Positions 37,692-49,395 of a stretch of DNA of 64,000 bases are shown piece after piece. Position 1 is the first letter of the stretch, and every line of letters starts with the position of its first letter. The notes under the pieces were generated by a model that was not told the origin of the DNA, made no database searches, and saw only the letters and a list, made by a program, of their open reading frames with translations. The position numbers and the translations under genes are program-made. Origin of the DNA: Syntrophus sp. (in: bacteria) (GTDB lineage Bacteria; Desulfobacterota; Syntrophia; Syntrophales; UBA8958); the NCBI GenBank assembly GCA_025355725.1, contig JANXZC010000079.1:2680-66679 (forward strand), read 5' to 3'.

Positions 37692-38885
37692 ATGGCTAAG
37701 AAGAAATATGAAAGGACAAAGCCGCATATGAATATCGGTACCATTGGTCACGTGGATCATGGTAAAACGACATTGACGGCAGCAATTACCAAGCACTTGT
37801 CCAAGAAAGGCTTCGCCGAGTTCAGGCCCTTTGACTCCATCGATAATGCACCGGAGGAGAAGGAAAGAGGAGTTACCATCAATATCTGCCATGTGGAGTA
37901 TCAGACAGACAAAAGGCATTATGCCCATGTTGACTGCCCTGGTCACGCCGATTATATAAAAAATATGATTACCGGCGCCGCCCACATGGATGGAGCCATC
38001 CTTGTCGTGGCCGCCTCCGATGGTCCGATGCCTCAAACCAGAGAACACATTCTCCTTGCCAGACAGGTCCAGGTCCCCTATGTGGTTATCTATATGAATA
38101 AAGTGGATCTTGTCGATGATCCGGAGCTTCTCGACCTGGTGGAGCTGGAACTGCGGGACCTTCTGAAAGACTACCAGTTCCCGGGAGACGAGACTCCCAT
38201 CATCCGCGGGTCGGCGCTTAAGGCGCTGGAGACGGATGATTCTGCTTCGGAAGACGCCAAATCCATTTGGGAACTTATGGATGCCGTTGATAGCTATATT
38301 CCCGAACCTACGCGTGTTCTGGATAAACCCTTCCTGATGCCTATCGGTGATGTTTTCAGCATCTCCGGTCGTGGGACAGTAGTAACGGGCAGAATAGACA
38401 GAGGAATCGTCAAAACGGGAGAGGAAGTGGAAATCGTCGGGATTCGGCCGACCTTCAAGACCGTGTGCACCGGTGTGGAAATGTTTCGCAAGACCCTAGA
38501 CGAGGGCCGGGCGGGCGACGATGTCGGTGTTCTGCTCAGAGGAACTAAAAGGGACGAAGTCGAAAGAGGTCAGGTTGTGGCGAAGCCCGGTTCCATAACC
38601 CCCCACACTAAATTCAAGGCCCAAGTTTACATTCTGACTAAGGAGGAAGGTGGTCGTCATACGCCGTTCTTTTCAGGTTACCGGCCCCAGTTTTATTTCC
38701 GGACGACGGATGTGACCGGTGTGGCCGTACTGCCCGAGGGCGTGGAAATGGTTATGCCCGGCGATAATATCGAGATGGAAATCGCTCTGATTACACCTAT
38801 CGCCATGGAGGAACAGCTGCGATTTGCAATTCGCGAGGGTGGACGAACTGTTGGCTCCGGTGTTGTCAGCAAGATAATAGAATAA
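37692..38885 (+). CDS. tuf: Elongation factor Tu
   Basis: [18 protein letters not shown] and NKVD motifs, 397 aa. Confidence 0.97.
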   Translation: MAKKKYERTKPHMNIGTIGHVDHGKTTLTAAITKHLSKKGFAEFRPFDSIDNAPEEKERGVTINICHVEYQTDKRHYAHVDCPGHADYIKNMITGAAHMDGAILVVAASDGPMPQTREHILLARQVQVPYVVIYMNKVDLVDDPELLDLVELELRDLLKDYQFPGDETPIIRGSALKALETDDSASEDAKSIWELMDAVDSYIPEPTRVLDKPFLMPIGDVFSISGRGTVVTGRIDRGIVKTGEEVEIVGIRPTFKTVCTGVEMFRKTLDEGRAGDDVGVLLRGTKRDEVERGQVVAKPGSITPHTKFKAQVYILTKEEGGRHTPFFSGYRPQFYFRTTDVTGVAVLPEGVEMVMPGDNIEMEIALITPIAMEEQLRFAIREGGRTVGSGVVSKIIE

Positions 38886-38907
38886 TGAAGAGGGGTCCGG
38901 CGCGACC

Positions 38908-39216
38908 ATGAAAGACCAGAGAATAAGAATTCGTCTTAAGGCATACGATCATAAACTGCTGGACAGATCGGTAGAAGATATTGTCGAGACGGCAAAGCGT
39001 ACGGGGGCCCGGGTTGCCGGTCCCATTCCACTGCCTACGGAAATCAATCGTTATTGTGTCAATCGTTCCCCCCATGTGGACAAGAAGTCCCGGGAACAAT
39101 TTGAAATCAGAACGCACAAACGATTGATTGATATCATCGAACCTACGCAGTCGACAGTCGATGCCCTAATGAAGCTCGATTTATCTGCTGGTGTGGACGT
39201 GGAGATCAAACTATAG
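38908..39216 (+). CDS. rpsJ: 30S ribosomal protein S10
   Basis: [14 protein letters not shown]...[14 protein letters not shown]. Confidence 0.95.
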   Translation: MKDQRIRIRLKAYDHKLLDRSVEDIVETAKRTGARVAGPIPLPTEINRYCVNRSPHVDKKSREQFEIRTHKRLIDIIEPTQSTVDALMKLDLSAGVDVEIKL

Positions 39217-39227
39217 GTTACACATGA

Positions 39228-39271
39228 CAGGAGATGGAAGGATACAATAGTGTCCATCTCCTGATTTTTTT
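39228..39271 (+). terminator. Strong intrinsic terminator/attenuator between rpsJ and rplC
   Basis: A perfect 11-bp stem, CAGGAGATGGA (39228-39238) with TCCATCTCCTG (39253-39263), and a 14-nt loop. A then T7 (39265-39271) follow. It ends 19 nt before the rplC ATG. Confidence 0.7.
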
Positions 39272-39290
39272 AGGCGATTAGAGAAGCGAG

Positions 39291-39917
39291 ATGAGACAGG
39301 GACTTATCGGCAGGAAATTGGGCATGACGCAGGTTTTCACTGAAGACGGCGAAGCCACGCCGGCAACGGTTATCAAAGTGGAGCCTTCTGTTGTCATACA
39401 GAAAAAGACCGTGCAGCGGGAAGGATATGACGCTGTGCAAATAGGATGCGGTCGTGTCAAGCAAAAACATGTAACGAAACCCCTCCAGGGGCATTTCCAG
39501 AAGGCAGACAAGGGTTTCTTCCGTATCCTCCGCGAATTGCGGGGGGATGTCAGTGGCTTTGAACTCGGTCAGGAAGTGCGGGTGGATGTCTTCAAACCGG
39601 GGGATTATGTTGATATAACTGGAACATCAAAGGGAAAAGGGTTTGCCGGTGTTATAAAGAGGCATGGTTTCAGGGGTGGAAGGGCGACCCATGGGTCCAT
39701 GTTTCACCGGGCTCCCGGTTCGATAGGCGCCAGTGCTGAACCCTCCCGTGTTTTCAAGGGCAGGAAACTACCCGGGCAGATGGGATGCGAGAGAAATACC
39801 GTGCAAAATATGCGAGTCTTGGTTGTGAGGCCTGAGGATAATGCAATCTTGGTAAAAGGTTCGATTCCTGGAGGGAAGCAGGGTGTCGTTCTGATCAGGC
39901 AGGCAATCAAAAAATAG
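39291..39917 (+). CDS. rplC: 50S ribosomal protein L3
   Basis: GLIGRKLGMTQVF...GKGFAGVIKRHGF. Confidence 0.95.
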   Translation: MRQGLIGRKLGMTQVFTEDGEATPATVIKVEPSVVIQKKTVQREGYDAVQIGCGRVKQKHVTKPLQGHFQKADKGFFRILRELRGDVSGFELGQEVRVDVFKPGDYVDITGTSKGKGFAGVIKRHGFRGGRATHGSMFHRAPGSIGASAEPSRVFKGRKLPGQMGCERNTVQNMRVLVVRPEDNAILVKGSIPGGKQGVVLIRQAIKK

Positions 39918-39946
39918 TATTTGTATAGAAATCCAGGGTGGTGAAC

Positions 39947-40570
39947 ATGCCAGTAGCGGCAGTGTATGATATAGAAAACAAGAAGGTATCCGAAATTGAC
40001 CTTAGTGATCAGATTTTTGGGGCCACGGTCAATGAATCGGTGATTTATGAAGTAGTCAGGATGCAACTGATCTCCCGGCGCAGCGGAACAGCCTGTACAA
40101 AGACGAGGCGGGACATCAGAGGGGGCGGAAAAAAACCTTGGCGCCAGAAGGGAACAGGGCGGGCGAGAGCAGGGACGAGTCGTTCCCCGATATGGCGCGG
40201 GGGTGGCACTGTTTTCGGACCCCTGCCGAGGGACTACTCCTATAAAGTTACCAAAAAAGTTAGAAAGCTCGCATTGATATCAGCACTGAGCCAGAAGTTT
40301 AAAGAAGACCGGATGATCATTCTTAATGATTTTCCCATGGAAGGAATCAAGACAAAGAAATTCAAGGAAGTCGTTGAACGTTTCGGGATGAAAAAGGCCC
40401 TTGTTGTAATAGACAAATCGAATCCTGTCCTGGAGAAATCTTCAAGGAACCTCAAAAATATCAAGATGATTCGTTCAGAAGGCATCAATGTCTATGACCT
40501 TTTGAATCATGATCATGTGGTTTTGCTGGAACCGTCCGTGAAGAACATTGAGGGGGCGTTACGATCATAA
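39947..40570 (+). CDS. rplD: 50S ribosomal protein L4
   Basis: [32 protein letters not shown] at 39947; the track begins at GTG 39938. Confidence 0.93.
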   Translation: MPVAAVYDIENKKVSEIDLSDQIFGATVNESVIYEVVRMQLISRRSGTACTKTRRDIRGGGKKPWRQKGTGRARAGTSRSPIWRGGGTVFGPLPRDYSYKVTKKVRKLALISALSQKFKEDRMIILNDFPMEGIKTKKFKEVVERFGMKKALVVIDKSNPVLEKSSRNLKNIKMIRSEGINVYDLLNHDHVVLLEPSVKNIEGALRS

Positions 40571-40857
40571 TGGAATTATATAAGATAATAAAAAAAGCGC
40601 TGGTTACGGAAAAAAGCACCATCGCTAAAGATGAAGCGAACAAATACTTCTTTGAAGTGGATCGCCGGGCAAACAAGATCGAAATTAGCAATGCCGTAGA
40701 GAAGCTATTCAAAGTCAAGGTTCTCAACGTGGCGGTTATGAATGTGCCGGGGAAGAAGAAGCGTCAAGGCAAGATCCTGGGGGAGAAACCTTCATGGAAG
40801 AAGGCAGTTGTTACCTTGTCGCCTGGTAGTCGCATCGATGTTTTTGAAGGTGTGTAA
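40570..40857 (+). CDS. rplW: 50S ribosomal protein L23
   Basis: ITEKS...[27 protein letters not shown] overlap with rplD. Confidence 0.93.
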   Translation: MELYKIIKKALVTEKSTIAKDEANKYFFEVDRRANKIEISNAVEKLFKVKVLNVAVMNVPGKKKRQGKILGEKPSWKKAVVTLSPGSRIDVFEGV

Positions 40858-40878
40858 TAAGTTTTAAGGGAACGGATC

Positions 40879-41700
40879 ATGGCAATCAAAACGTACAAAC
40901 CGACATCACCAGGCAGACGATTTCAGACATGTTCTGATTTTGAGGAAATTACCGCCTCGAAGCCTGAAAAAAGCCTTTTGCGCCCGTTGAAGAAAAGCGG
41001 TGGGCGGAACGTCAATGGTCGAATGACGAGCCGACATATCGGCGGCGGTCATAAACGAAGATACCGTCTTGTCGATTTCAGAAGAGATAAAATAGATATC
41101 CCTGCGCGGGTAGCGTCAATTGAGTACGATCCCAACCGGTCCGCAAGGATCGCCCTGTTGAACTACGTCGATGGCGAGAAACGTTATATTATTGCCCCGG
41201 ACAAGATAGTTGTGGGAGATGTTGTCGTCAGCGGCGAGAAGGCCGATATCAAACCGGGCAACGCAATTCCGCTCAAAAATATTCCCTTGGGTACTCTTAT
41301 TCATAACGTCGAACTTAAGATCGGTCGGGGTGGACAGATTATACGCAGTGCCGGTACTTATGGTCAACTGATGGCCAAGGAAGGGGGGTATGCGCAAGTA
41401 CGCCTTCCTTCGGGTGAAGTCAGAAAAATCATCCTCGCCTGCAAGGCTACCATAGGTCAGATTGGTAATATCGAACACGAAAACATCAGTATCGGCAAGG
41501 CGGGAAGAACGCGCTGGCTCGGGAAGCGACCCAAGGTAAGAGGCGTGGCCATGAATCCCGTCGATCATCCCATGGGTGGAGGAGAAGGAAAATCGTCGGG
41601 AGGGAGACATCCCTGCACTCCATGGGGAGTACCGACTAAAGGGCATAAAACAAGGACAAACAAAAGTACGGATAAATACATCGTAAAGAGAAGAGGTTAG
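40879..41700 (+). CDS. rplB: 50S ribosomal protein L2
   Basis: [19 protein letters not shown]...[17 protein letters not shown]. Confidence 0.97.
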   Translation: MAIKTYKPTSPGRRFQTCSDFEEITASKPEKSLLRPLKKSGGRNVNGRMTSRHIGGGHKRRYRLVDFRRDKIDIPARVASIEYDPNRSARIALLNYVDGEKRYIIAPDKIVVGDVVVSGEKADIKPGNAIPLKNIPLGTLIHNVELKIGRGGQIIRSAGTYGQLMAKEGGYAQVRLPSGEVRKIILACKATIGQIGNIEHENISIGKAGRTRWLGKRPKVRGVAMNPVDHPMGGGEGKSSGGRHPCTPWGVPTKGHKTRTNKSTDKYIVKRRG

Positions 41701-41703
41701 AAG

Positions 41704-41985
41704 GTGGCAAGGTCGGTAAGAAAGGGTCCATACATCGAGGCTAAACTGCTTGAAAAAGTCAGGAAAGCAGAAGCGGCGGGGAGTAAGGCAGTCATAAAAA
41801 CTTGGTCACGACGGTCGACGATCACCCCTGATCTCATCAGTCATACATTCGCCGTCCATAACGGTAAAAAGTTCATTCCTGTTTTTGTAACAGAAAACAT
41901 GGTTGGACATAAGCTGGGTGAGTTTGCTCCGACGAGGACCTTTTTTAGTCATGCCGGAGACAGGAAATCGAAGGTGAGAAGATAA
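41704..41985 (+). CDS. rpsS: 30S ribosomal protein S19
   Basis: [10 protein letters not shown]...[33 protein letters not shown] start. Confidence 0.95.
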   Translation: MARSVRKGPYIEAKLLEKVRKAEAAGSKAVIKTWSRRSTITPDLISHTFAVHNGKKFIPVFVTENMVGHKLGEFAPTRTFFSHAGDRKSKVRR

Positions 41986-42025
41986 TCCTGCCGTGTACGT
42001 AAGCGGTAAGGTTTGGAGTAAGGCT

Positions 42026-42358
42026 ATGGAAGCAAAGGCTGTTGCTAAATATATACGGATATCACCCCAGAAGGCGCGACTCGTCGTTGATCTTATCCGG
42101 GGGAAGAAGGTCGCGGAGGCCGAAAAAATACTTTCCTTTACAAGAAAGTATGGGGCCATGCTGGTGGGAAAAGTTCTTAAGTCTGCTATGGCCAACGCAA
42201 AACAAAACGCGAACATTGATGAAAATATTCTCTTTGTGAAGGAAGTTTTCGTTGATCAGGGCCCTTCCCTGAAGCGCTGGCGTGCAAGGGCTCAGGGCCG
42301 GGCGGCAGCGATTAAGAAGAGAATGAGTCATATTACCGTTGTCCTTGACGAGGCATAG
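42026..42358 (+). CDS. rplV: 50S ribosomal protein L22
   Basis: [30 protein letters not shown] at 42026; the track begins at 41993. Confidence 0.93.
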   Translation: MEAKAVAKYIRISPQKARLVVDLIRGKKVAEAEKILSFTRKYGAMLVGKVLKSAMANAKQNANIDENILFVKEVFVDQGPSLKRWRARAQGRAAAIKKRMSHITVVLDEA

Positions 42359-42381
42359 ATACATCTTTAGGAGGTGGAAGA

Positions 42382-43029
42382 TTGGGTCAGAAGGTTAATC
42401 CGATCGGTTTGAGGCTGGGAGGTGTCAAAACATGGAAATCGCTTTGGTTTTCTGAGAAGAACTACAGTGAGCTCCTTCACGAAGATATCCGCATCCGCCG
42501 GTATCTCAAACAAAAACTCTATCACGCCGGTATCTCAAGGATTGAGATCGAGAGGGCTGCGAATAAAGCTAAAGTCAATATCTATGCTGCCCGTCCCGGA
42601 ATCATTATTGGCAAAAAGGGATCTGAAATAGAGAAGTTGAAAAAAGATCTCGAACAGGTGAGTAGCAGCGACATTATTATCAATATTCTGGAAGTCCGAA
42701 AGCCTGAAATCGACGCCCAACTCGTTGCGGAAAACGTCGCCCAGCAATTGGAGAGAAGAATTGCCTTCCGGCGGGCCATGAGGAAGGGTGTAAACTCATC
42801 CATGAAGTTTGGTGCCAAGGGAATACGTGTCAACTGTTCGGGAAGACTCGGAGGCGCGGAAATGGCCAGGGCCGAGTGGTATCGTGAAGGGCGCGTTCCC
42901 CTGCATACCTTGCGGGCCGATATTGACTGGGGTTTTGCAGAGGCCAGGACCGCATATGGTAAAATTGGTGTGAAAGTGTTTATATTTCATGGTGAAATAC
43001 TTAAAACCAAAAGTGAGCGCGAACGATAG
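42382..43029 (+). CDS. rpsC: 30S ribosomal protein S3
   Basis: [12 protein letters not shown] and the KH domain. The TTG start follows AGGAGGTGG. Confidence 0.95.
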   Translation: MGQKVNPIGLRLGGVKTWKSLWFSEKNYSELLHEDIRIRRYLKQKLYHAGISRIEIERAANKAKVNIYAARPGIIIGKKGSEIEKLKKDLEQVSSSDIIINILEVRKPEIDAQLVAENVAQQLERRIAFRRAMRKGVNSSMKFGAKGIRVNCSGRLGGAEMARAEWYREGRVPLHTLRADIDWGFAEARTAYGKIGVKVFIFHGEILKTKSERER

Positions 43030-43071
43030 ACGTAAGATTGAGCAAGGAATTCAGACAGGGGTTTTTGAACC

Positions 43072-43494
43072 ATGTTAATGCCGAAAAGGGTAAAATATAG
43101 AAAGCCGCAGCGGGGCCGCATGACGGGTCAGGCAACGAGGGGCAATACTGTAGACTTCGGTGAGTTCGGACTACAGGCAACGGAGTGCGGTTGGGTAACA
43201 GCAAGACAAATTGAATCGGCTCGGGTGGCGATGACCAGGCACGTAAAGCGGGGCGGGAAGATATGGATTCGGGTTTTTCCTCATAAGGCCGTGACAAAGA
43301 AACCTGCCGAGACCCGTATGGGAAAAGGAAAAGGAGCTCCGGAAGAATGGGTGGCTGTTGTCAAACCGGGAATGATCCTTTATGAAATGCGCGGTGTTTC
43401 CCCGGAAATAGCCAAGGAAGCCTTCCGCCTTGCAGCCCATAAACTACCCATTGGAGTCAAGTTTTTAGCAACGGAGATGGCTGATGAAAGTTAA
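43072..43494 (+). CDS. rplP: 50S ribosomal protein L16
   Basis: [17 protein letters not shown]...RMGKGKG. Confidence 0.96.
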   Translation: MLMPKRVKYRKPQRGRMTGQATRGNTVDFGEFGLQATECGWVTARQIESARVAMTRHVKRGGKIWIRVFPHKAVTKKPAETRMGKGKGAPEEWVAVVKPGMILYEMRGVSPEIAKEAFRLAAHKLPIGVKFLATEMADES

Positions 43495-43675
43495 TGAGCT
43501 GAGGGATCTGAGCATCGATGAATTACAGCAGAAAAACCAGGAACTTGATGAAGAGCTCTTTCGGTTGAAGATTCGTCATACCTCCGGTCAATTGGATTCT
43601 CCCTCTACGTTGGGCCAAACAAGGAAAAACATAGCCCGTATCAAGACTGTCTTGAGACAGAAGGAGGGTCAGTAG
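43484..43675 (+). CDS. rpmC: 50S ribosomal protein L29
   Basis: [29 protein letters not shown]. Confidence 0.93.
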   Translation: MKVNELRDLSIDELQQKNQELDEELFRLKIRHTSGQLDSPSTLGQTRKNIARIKTVLRQKEGQ

Positions 43676-43677
43676 TA

Positions 43678-43935
43678 ATGGAAGGCCGGGGGAACCAAAG
43701 AACGATGAAGGGTGTGGTGGTCAGCAGCAAAATGGAAAAAACCATAGTTGTTCGTACGGAGCGCTTGGTTAAACACGCTGTTTTCCATAAATATATAAGA
43801 CAATATGCGAAATACAAGGCCCACGATGAAGGCAATCAGTGTCGTGTCGGGGATAAGGTTCTCATTGTTGAATCTCGGCCACTGAGCAGGGACAAGCGGT
43901 GGCGGATGCGGACCATTCTGGAGCGAGCCAAGTAG
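43678..43935 (+). CDS. rpsQ: 30S ribosomal protein S17
   Basis: [15 protein letters not shown]...YAKYKAHDE...GD.V.I.E.RPLS. Confidence 0.93.
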   Translation: MEGRGNQRTMKGVVVSSKMEKTIVVRTERLVKHAVFHKYIRQYAKYKAHDEGNQCRVGDKVLIVESRPLSRDKRWRMRTILERAK

Positions 43936-43967
43936 GATTGGGACTTTTGTGAAGGCGGAGCAGTATT

Positions 43968-44336
43968 ATGATTCAGATGCAGACCATTCTAAATGTGGCA
44001 GACAACTCGGGTGCAAAGAAAGTTGCCTGCATCAAAGTTCTGGGGGGGTCGAAGCGGCGCTATGCCAGTGTTGGCGATGTTATCGTGGTATCGGTAAAGG
44101 AAGCCATTCCCAATTCTAAGGTTAAGAAAGGGGATGTCATGAAAGCCGTCATCGTTCGCACGGTCAAAGAGGTGCGAAGGCAGGATGGGTCTTATCTGAA
44201 ATTTGATGATAATTCAGCCGTCCTGATCTCTAACCAGATGGAGCCGATCGGAACCAGGATATTTGGCCCCGTGGCTCGGGAACTGAGAGCAAAGCAGTTC
44301 ATGAAAATCATCTCTTTGGCCCCCGAGGTACTCTAA
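43968..44336 (+). CDS. rplN: 50S ribosomal protein L14
   Basis: [19 protein letters not shown]. Confidence 0.97.
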   Translation: MIQMQTILNVADNSGAKKVACIKVLGGSKRRYASVGDVIVVSVKEAIPNSKVKKGDVMKAVIVRTVKEVRRQDGSYLKFDDNSAVLISNQMEPIGTRIFGPVARELRAKQFMKIISLAPEVL

Positions 44337-44374
44337 GGGATAGACGGACGGACATGGAAACAAGGAACGAAAAA

Positions 44375-44695
44375 ATGCATGGGAAGCAGTTAAAAAAGGG
44401 AGATACGGTGAAGGTCATTGCCGGCAAGGAAAAAGGTAAGACCGGCAAGATCATCAAAATCATAAAGGATAAGGATCGTATAATTGTTGAGAAACTCAAC
44501 TTTGTCAAGCGACATCAACGTCCGGATGCTAAGGGTAAAGGAGGTATAGTGGAAAAGGAAGGATCCATCCACATTACCAATGTTTCCTATTTATGCAGCA
44601 AATGCGATGCCGGTGTGCGACTCGGTCACAAAATCCTGGATGATGGGCAAAAGGTCCGTATCTGTAAGAAATGTAAAGAGATATTAGACGCATAG
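44375..44695 (+). CDS. rplX: 50S ribosomal protein L24
   Basis: KOW motif [21 protein letters not shown]. The start is ambiguous: ATG 44375 or ATG 44354. Confidence 0.9.
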   Translation: MHGKQLKKGDTVKVIAGKEKGKTGKIIKIIKDKDRIIVEKLNFVKRHQRPDAKGKGGIVEKEGSIHITNVSYLCSKCDAGVRLGHKILDDGQKVRICKKCKEILDA

Positions 44696-44705
44696 GTCGA
44701 TCAAT

Positions 44706-45245
44706 ATGGCAAGACTCAAAGAGTATTATCAAAAAGAAGTGGTTTCGGCGTTGATCGCTAAATTCCATTACAAGAATGTGATGGAGGTACCGAGACTGCA
44801 AAAAATAGTTCTTAACATGGGACTCGGTGAAGCCATTCAGAATGCCAAAATTCTGGATATCGCCGCCCAGGAACTGTCCACTATCACGGGGCAAAAACCT
44901 GTTATCACGAAAGCGAAGAAATCCATCGCTACCTTCAAGCTCCGCCAGGGGATGTCCATTGGTTGCCGAGTGACCCTCAGACGAGAAAGAATGTTTGAAT
45001 TCTTTGACCGCCTGGTAAATATTAATTTGCCCCGGGTCAGGGACTTCCGTGGAATTGCCCCCAAGTCATTTGACGGCAGAGGAAATTTTGCCCTGGGACT
45101 CAAGGAGCAGATCATCTTCCCGGAAATCGAGTACGACAAAATAGATAAAGTCCGGGGTATGAATGTGGTTATTGTGACGACGGCAAAAACGGATGAAGAA
45201 GCCCGGGAGCTTTTAAGGCTTATGGGCATGCCTTTCAGAAATTAG
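44706..45245 (+). CDS. rplE: 50S ribosomal protein L5
   Basis: [11 protein letters not shown]...[20 protein letters not shown]. Confidence 0.96.
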   Translation: MARLKEYYQKEVVSALIAKFHYKNVMEVPRLQKIVLNMGLGEAIQNAKILDIAAQELSTITGQKPVITKAKKSIATFKLRQGMSIGCRVTLRRERMFEFFDRLVNINLPRVRDFRGIAPKSFDGRGNFALGLKEQIIFPEIEYDKIDKVRGMNVVIVTTAKTDEEARELLRLMGMPFRN

Positions 45246-45274
45246 GCCGAAATAGCGGCTGGAGGAATAGAAGC

Positions 45275-45460
45275 GTGGCGAAGAAATCACTTATCGCAAA
45301 AGCAAAAAGGAAACTGAAATTTTCGGTCCGACAGTACAACCGCTGTCCTTTGTGCGGAAGGCCACGGGCGTATTATCGTAAGTTTGATATGTGCAGGATA
45401 TGTCTGAGGAATCTTGCCACCAAAGGGGAACTCCCCGGGGTAATCAAAGCGAGCTGGTAG
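45275..45460 (+). CDS. rpsZ: 30S ribosomal protein S14, short zinc-binding type (S14 type Z)
   Basis: 61 aa with [20 protein letters not shown]. The GTG start follows GGAGG. Confidence 0.93.
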   Translation: MAKKSLIAKAKRKLKFSVRQYNRCPLCGRPRAYYRKFDMCRICLRNLATKGELPGVIKASW

Positions 45461-45481
45461 ATCAATAAAGGAGCCATACTC

Positions 45482-45883
45482 ATGGGAATGACCGATCCAA
45501 TAGCAGATATGTTGACCAGGATCCGAAATGCCAATCGGATGCATTTCAAAACCGTGGATATTCTCTCGTCAAAAATGAACGCAAATATTGCCGAAGTTTT
45601 GAAAAAGGCGGGGTTCATCACGGGATATGAACTCAAGAAGGATAAATATGATCGGGAAAATCTGCGAATAGAGCTCGTTTATCCCGATTCCAGAAATTTC
45701 GTTCTGACAGACATTCAGAGGGTCAGCAAGCCGGGCAGGAGGGTTTATGTCCACAGCCAGGACATCCCCAAGGTATTGAACGGGTATGGCATTGCGATTC
45801 TGTCTACGTCCCGGGGGATTATGACGGATCAAGAAGCAAGGGATTCGAAGGTTGGTGGAGAAATTCTCTGTAAGGTGTGGTAA
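45482..45883 (+). CDS. rpsH: 30S ribosomal protein S8
   Basis: MTDPIADMLTRIRNA. Confidence 0.96.
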   Translation: MGMTDPIADMLTRIRNANRMHFKTVDILSSKMNANIAEVLKKAGFITGYELKKDKYDRENLRIELVYPDSRNFVLTDIQRVSKPGRRVYVHSQDIPKVLNGYGIAILSTSRGIMTDQEARDSKVGGEILCKVW

Positions 45884-45923
45884 CCGTATCTGAGGATATT
45901 GTGAATACGGTCGGGAGATTATA

Positions 45924-46463
45924 ATGTCGAGAATTGGAAAAAGACCCATAGAATTGCCTGCCGGTGTCAAGATTGCACAGGAGGCGGGGGTAGTCAAGGT
46001 ATCGGGTCCGAACGGACAGTTGTCAGAAGCCTTGCCACCGGGGATTGAATTATCCCTCGAAAACAGCACTGTTGTCATCAAAAGACTGGTCGATAATCGG
46101 ATGGGCAGGTCAGCTCATGGCCTGGCAAGGACCTTGGTGAACAATATGGTCACAGGAGTGAGCAAGGGGTTTGAAAAGGGCCTGGAGATATCCGGTGTTG
46201 GTTATCGTGCCGAACTGAACAATAATGTTTTGAAAATGGTCCTTGGCTTTTCCGCTCCTCTTGAATACAAGGTGCCGGAAGGGATTGCCATAAAGATAGA
46301 AAAGCTCGTCAACATCGTCGTTTCCGGTATTGACAAGCAACTTGTAGGCAAGGTGGCGTCAGAAATCCGAGAGATGAGAAAGCCGGAACCTTACAAAGGG
46401 AAAGGCATTAAATATGTTGGAGAGCAGGTTCGCAGGAAAGTCGGCAAATCTGTAGGTTCGTAA
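45924..46463 (+). CDS. rplF: 50S ribosomal protein L6
   Basis: MSRIGKRPIELPAGV. Confidence 0.96.
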   Translation: MSRIGKRPIELPAGVKIAQEAGVVKVSGPNGQLSEALPPGIELSLENSTVVIKRLVDNRMGRSAHGLARTLVNNMVTGVSKGFEKGLEISGVGYRAELNNNVLKMVLGFSAPLEYKVPEGIAIKIEKLVNIVVSGIDKQLVGKVASEIREMRKPEPYKGKGIKYVGEQVRRKVGKSVGS

Positions 46464-46506
46464 CAGATAAAAAATTGTCATATATCCTTTTAAAGAGGTA
46501 GACGAA

Positions 46507-46869
46507 TTGGGATCGAAGGTTGAAAAGGTCAGAGAGAAGAGAAAAGCCCGCGTTCGGGGTAAGGTCTCAGGGACTCAGGAAAGGCCCCGCCTTGCTGTTT
46601 TCAGGACTGCGAAGCATATCTACGTGCAGGCCATTGCGGATGATCTTGGGAAGACATTGGTAGAGGCTTCGACTCTGAGTCCGGAGTTGCGAGCTGGACT
46701 TGGAAAAATGAAAAAGTCGGAAGCGGCCAAGGAAGTTGGCAAATTAGTAGCGGTGCGACTCAAGGCGATCGGGATCGAAGCGGCCGTTTTTGATCGGGGG
46801 CGCTTTCTGTATCATGGAAGGGTCAAGGCTCTTGCCGACGCCGCTCGTGAGATCGGCTTGAGATTCTGA
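46507..46869 (+). CDS. rplR: 50S ribosomal protein L18
   Basis: [18 protein letters not shown]...[24 protein letters not shown] start. Confidence 0.93.
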   Translation: MGSKVEKVREKRKARVRGKVSGTQERPRLAVFRTAKHIYVQAIADDLGKTLVEASTLSPELRAGLGKMKKSEAAKEVGKLVAVRLKAIGIEAAVFDRGRFLYHGRVKALADAAREIGLRF

Positions 46870-46891
46870 GGATCAATAACAAGAGGGGCGA

Positions 46892-47389
46892 TTGGATAAG
46901 ATCATGATGGAAGAAGTCGAACTGATAGACAGGGTTATTACTATCAACAGGACAGCCAAAGTCGTAAAAGGCGGCAGGAGGTTCCGTTTCAGCGCCATTG
47001 TCGTAGTTGGAGATGGGCAGGGATCGGTAGGAGCAGGGCTTGGCAAAGCCCATGAAGTGCCTGAAGCGATCCGTAAAGGGATGGAGCAGGCCAAGAAAAA
47101 TATGAAAAAGGTTGCCATCACGAACAGGACGATACCCTATGAAGTCACTGGAATCTATGGGGCTGGCCGGGTACTTCTTAAACCGGCCTCTGAAGGGACG
47201 GGACTTATAGCCGGGGGCGCTGTCCGTGCAGTTTTGGAGGTTGCCGGGGTCCATAACATACTTACCAAGTGTTTAGGATCACATAATCCCCATAACCTGG
47301 TCAAGGCTACCATTGAGGGTCTTACCCGACTGAAGGAACCGGCTCTGATTGCCAAGCTTCGTGGGCAGGTGTTCTTGGAGAGTCGGTAA
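46892..47389 (+). CDS. rpsE: 30S ribosomal protein S5
   Basis: [27 protein letters not shown]. The start is uncertain: TTG 46892 or ATG 46904. Confidence 0.95.
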   Translation: MDKIMMEEVELIDRVITINRTAKVVKGGRRFRFSAIVVVGDGQGSVGAGLGKAHEVPEAIRKGMEQAKKNMKKVAITNRTIPYEVTGIYGAGRVLLKPASEGTGLIAGGAVRAVLEVAGVHNILTKCLGSHNPHNLVKATIEGLTRLKEPALIAKLRGQVFLESR

Positions 47390-47411
47390 TTATATTTAAG
47401 GGGTATATTTC

Positions 47412-47600
47412 GTGGGACGTAAATTAAAAGTAACATTGATTCGGAGCTACATAGGAAGGCCTGAAAAGCAGCGAAAGGTCCTCCGTGGGATGGGGCTCTT
47501 GAAAATGAACAGGACGGTCCTGCTTGCCGATACTCCCGAGATTAGAGGTATGGTCAGCAAGGTTTGCCACTTGGTTTCCATGGAAGAGTTGGAGGCGTAA
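47412..47600 (+). CDS. rpmD: 50S ribosomal protein L30
   Basis: [28 protein letters not shown] start. Confidence 0.92.
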   Translation: MGRKLKVTLIRSYIGRPEKQRKVLRGMGLLKMNRTVLLADTPEIRGMVSKVCHLVSMEELEA

Positions 47601-47608
47601 GTATATAT

Positions 47609-48052
47609 ATGGATTTAGGAACATTAAAGGCTCCGGTCGGATCACGGAAAAAGCGTAAGAGGGTCGGACGAGGTGACGGTTCCGGACATGGCGGAACTTC
47701 ATGTAAGGGATCCAAGGGGCAAAATGCACGTTCGGGGGGAGGTACACGGCCCGGCTTTGAAGGGGGCCAGATGCCCATGGCGCGGAGGCTCCCAAAACGC
47801 GGCTTCCGGAACCCATTTAGGAAAGAAATGATCACCGTTAACCTGGTGCAACTGAATGCCTTCCCGGAAAATAGCATTATCGACGCCGAGGCGTTGATAA
47901 TGCAGGGCCTTATCAAAAAAAGGGGAGACGGCATTAAGCTCTTGGGGAAAGGGGATATTCAACACGCCCTGTCCATAAAGCTGGATGCTCTGAGCAAGGG
48001 AGCTAAGGCTAAGATCGAAGCTGCCGGTGGATCTATCGTAGAGGTTGCTTGA
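47609..48052 (+). CDS. rplO: 50S ribosomal protein L15
   Basis: [34 protein letters not shown] at 47609; the track ORF begins at 47564, inside rpmD. Confidence 0.93.
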   Translation: MDLGTLKAPVGSRKKRKRVGRGDGSGHGGTSCKGSKGQNARSGGGTRPGFEGGQMPMARRLPKRGFRNPFRKEMITVNLVQLNAFPENSIIDAEALIMQGLIKKRGDGIKLLGKGDIQHALSIKLDALSKGAKAKIEAAGGSIVEVA

Positions 48053-49361
48053 TTTGATTGGCGGACTTAGCAATATATCCAAGATCCCCGAACTTCAGAA
48101 GAGGATACTCTATACCTTTCTCCTGTTAATAGTTTACCGTATCGGCGCTCATGTGCCGACACCGGGTATTGATACAGCGGCTTTAGCGGCCTATTTCGAA
48201 CAGGCCAAGGGATCTTTACTTGGGCTCTTTGACATGTTTGCCGGGGGCGCCCTGAGCAATCTTTCCGTATTTGCTCTGGGGATAATGCCCTATATCAGTG
48301 CCTCTATTATCCTCCAACTTCTGACTATTGCCATTCCCCATCTGGAAAAGCTTTCCAAGGAAGGAGAGGCGGGAAGAAGAAAAATTACCCAGTACACCCG
48401 TTACGGAACGGTTGTACTCAGTATTATTCAGGGTTTCGGCATTGCTATCGGACTGGAAAATATGGCCGGACCGACGGGGGTGTCGATTGTTCTGGATCCT
48501 GGATGGGCTTTTCGACTTATGACCATGATAACCCTGACCGCAGGGACGTCTTTTATCATGTGGTTAGGTGAGCAGATTACAGAGAAGGGAATTGGTAACG
48601 GCATTTCGCTGATAATATTTTCCGGGATCGTCTGTAGGGCTCCGGAGGCGATTATCAATACCTTTCAGCTCCTGTCAGCAGGGGAAATGGGAATATTCTC
48701 TATCATCACGCTCATCGTGATGATGCTTGTTGTTATTGGTACGATTGTCTTTGTTGAAAGCGCACAGCGGAGGATTCCGGTCCAGTATGCAAAACGGGTA
48801 GTTGGAAGAAAAGTGTATGGTGGGCAATCTACCCACTTGCCATTGAAAGTAAATACGGCCGGGGTTATCCCGCCGATTTTTGCTTCCTCCATCATCATGT
48901 TTCCGGCAACCATCGCGAATTTTATTCCTCATCCGTGGATGAAGGTGGTAGCGGATTCTTTGGTTCCCGGCAAGGCTATATATGAATTAATGTATGTTGC
49001 ATTTATAGTATTTTTTTGCTATTTTTACACGGCGGTCACATTTAACCCCGTTGATGTTGCGGACAATATGAAAAAATACGGTGGATATGTTCCGGGAATC
49101 CGGCCCGGCAAAAAAACGGCGGACTATATTGACGAAGTTTTGACTCGCTTGACTTTCAGCGGCGCAATTTATGTGTCCGCCGTCTGCGTACTGCCGAGTA
49201 TTTTGATAGGTTATTTCAACGTGCCTTTTTACTTCGGAGGAACCGCTCTTCTCATCGTTGTCGGGGTGGCCCTCGACACGGCTGGTCAGATCGAAACGCA
49301 CTTGCTGACCAGGCAATATGAAGGTTTCATGAAGAAAGGAAAGATAGCAAGGCGGCGCTGA
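48045..49361 (+). CDS. secY: Preprotein translocase subunit SecY
   Basis: 10 TM segments, with [15 protein letters not shown] and [26 protein letters not shown]. Confidence 0.96.
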   Translation: MLDLIGGLSNISKIPELQKRILYTFLLLIVYRIGAHVPTPGIDTAALAAYFEQAKGSLLGLFDMFAGGALSNLSVFALGIMPYISASIILQLLTIAIPHLEKLSKEGEAGRRKITQYTRYGTVVLSIIQGFGIAIGLENMAGPTGVSIVLDPGWAFRLMTMITLTAGTSFIMWLGEQITEKGIGNGISLIIFSGIVCRAPEAIINTFQLLSAGEMGIFSIITLIVMMLVVIGTIVFVESAQRRIPVQYAKRVVGRKVYGGQSTHLPLKVNTAGVIPPIFASSIIMFPATIANFIPHPWMKVVADSLVPGKAIYELMYVAFIVFFCYFYTAVTFNPVDVADNMKKYGGYVPGIRPGKKTADYIDEVLTRLTFSGAIYVSAVCVLPSILIGYFNVPFYFGGTALLIVVGVALDTAGQIETHLLTRQYEGFMKKGKIARRR

Positions 49362-49395
49362 GGAAGGCCATGAATAGGATATGGGAGCAGATTGA

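Noticed and set aside
49362-49395. Absence of adk between secY and map.
   Set aside because: The location of adk is variable among bacteria; in E. coli, for example, adk is unlinked. It is not a meaningful anomaly.
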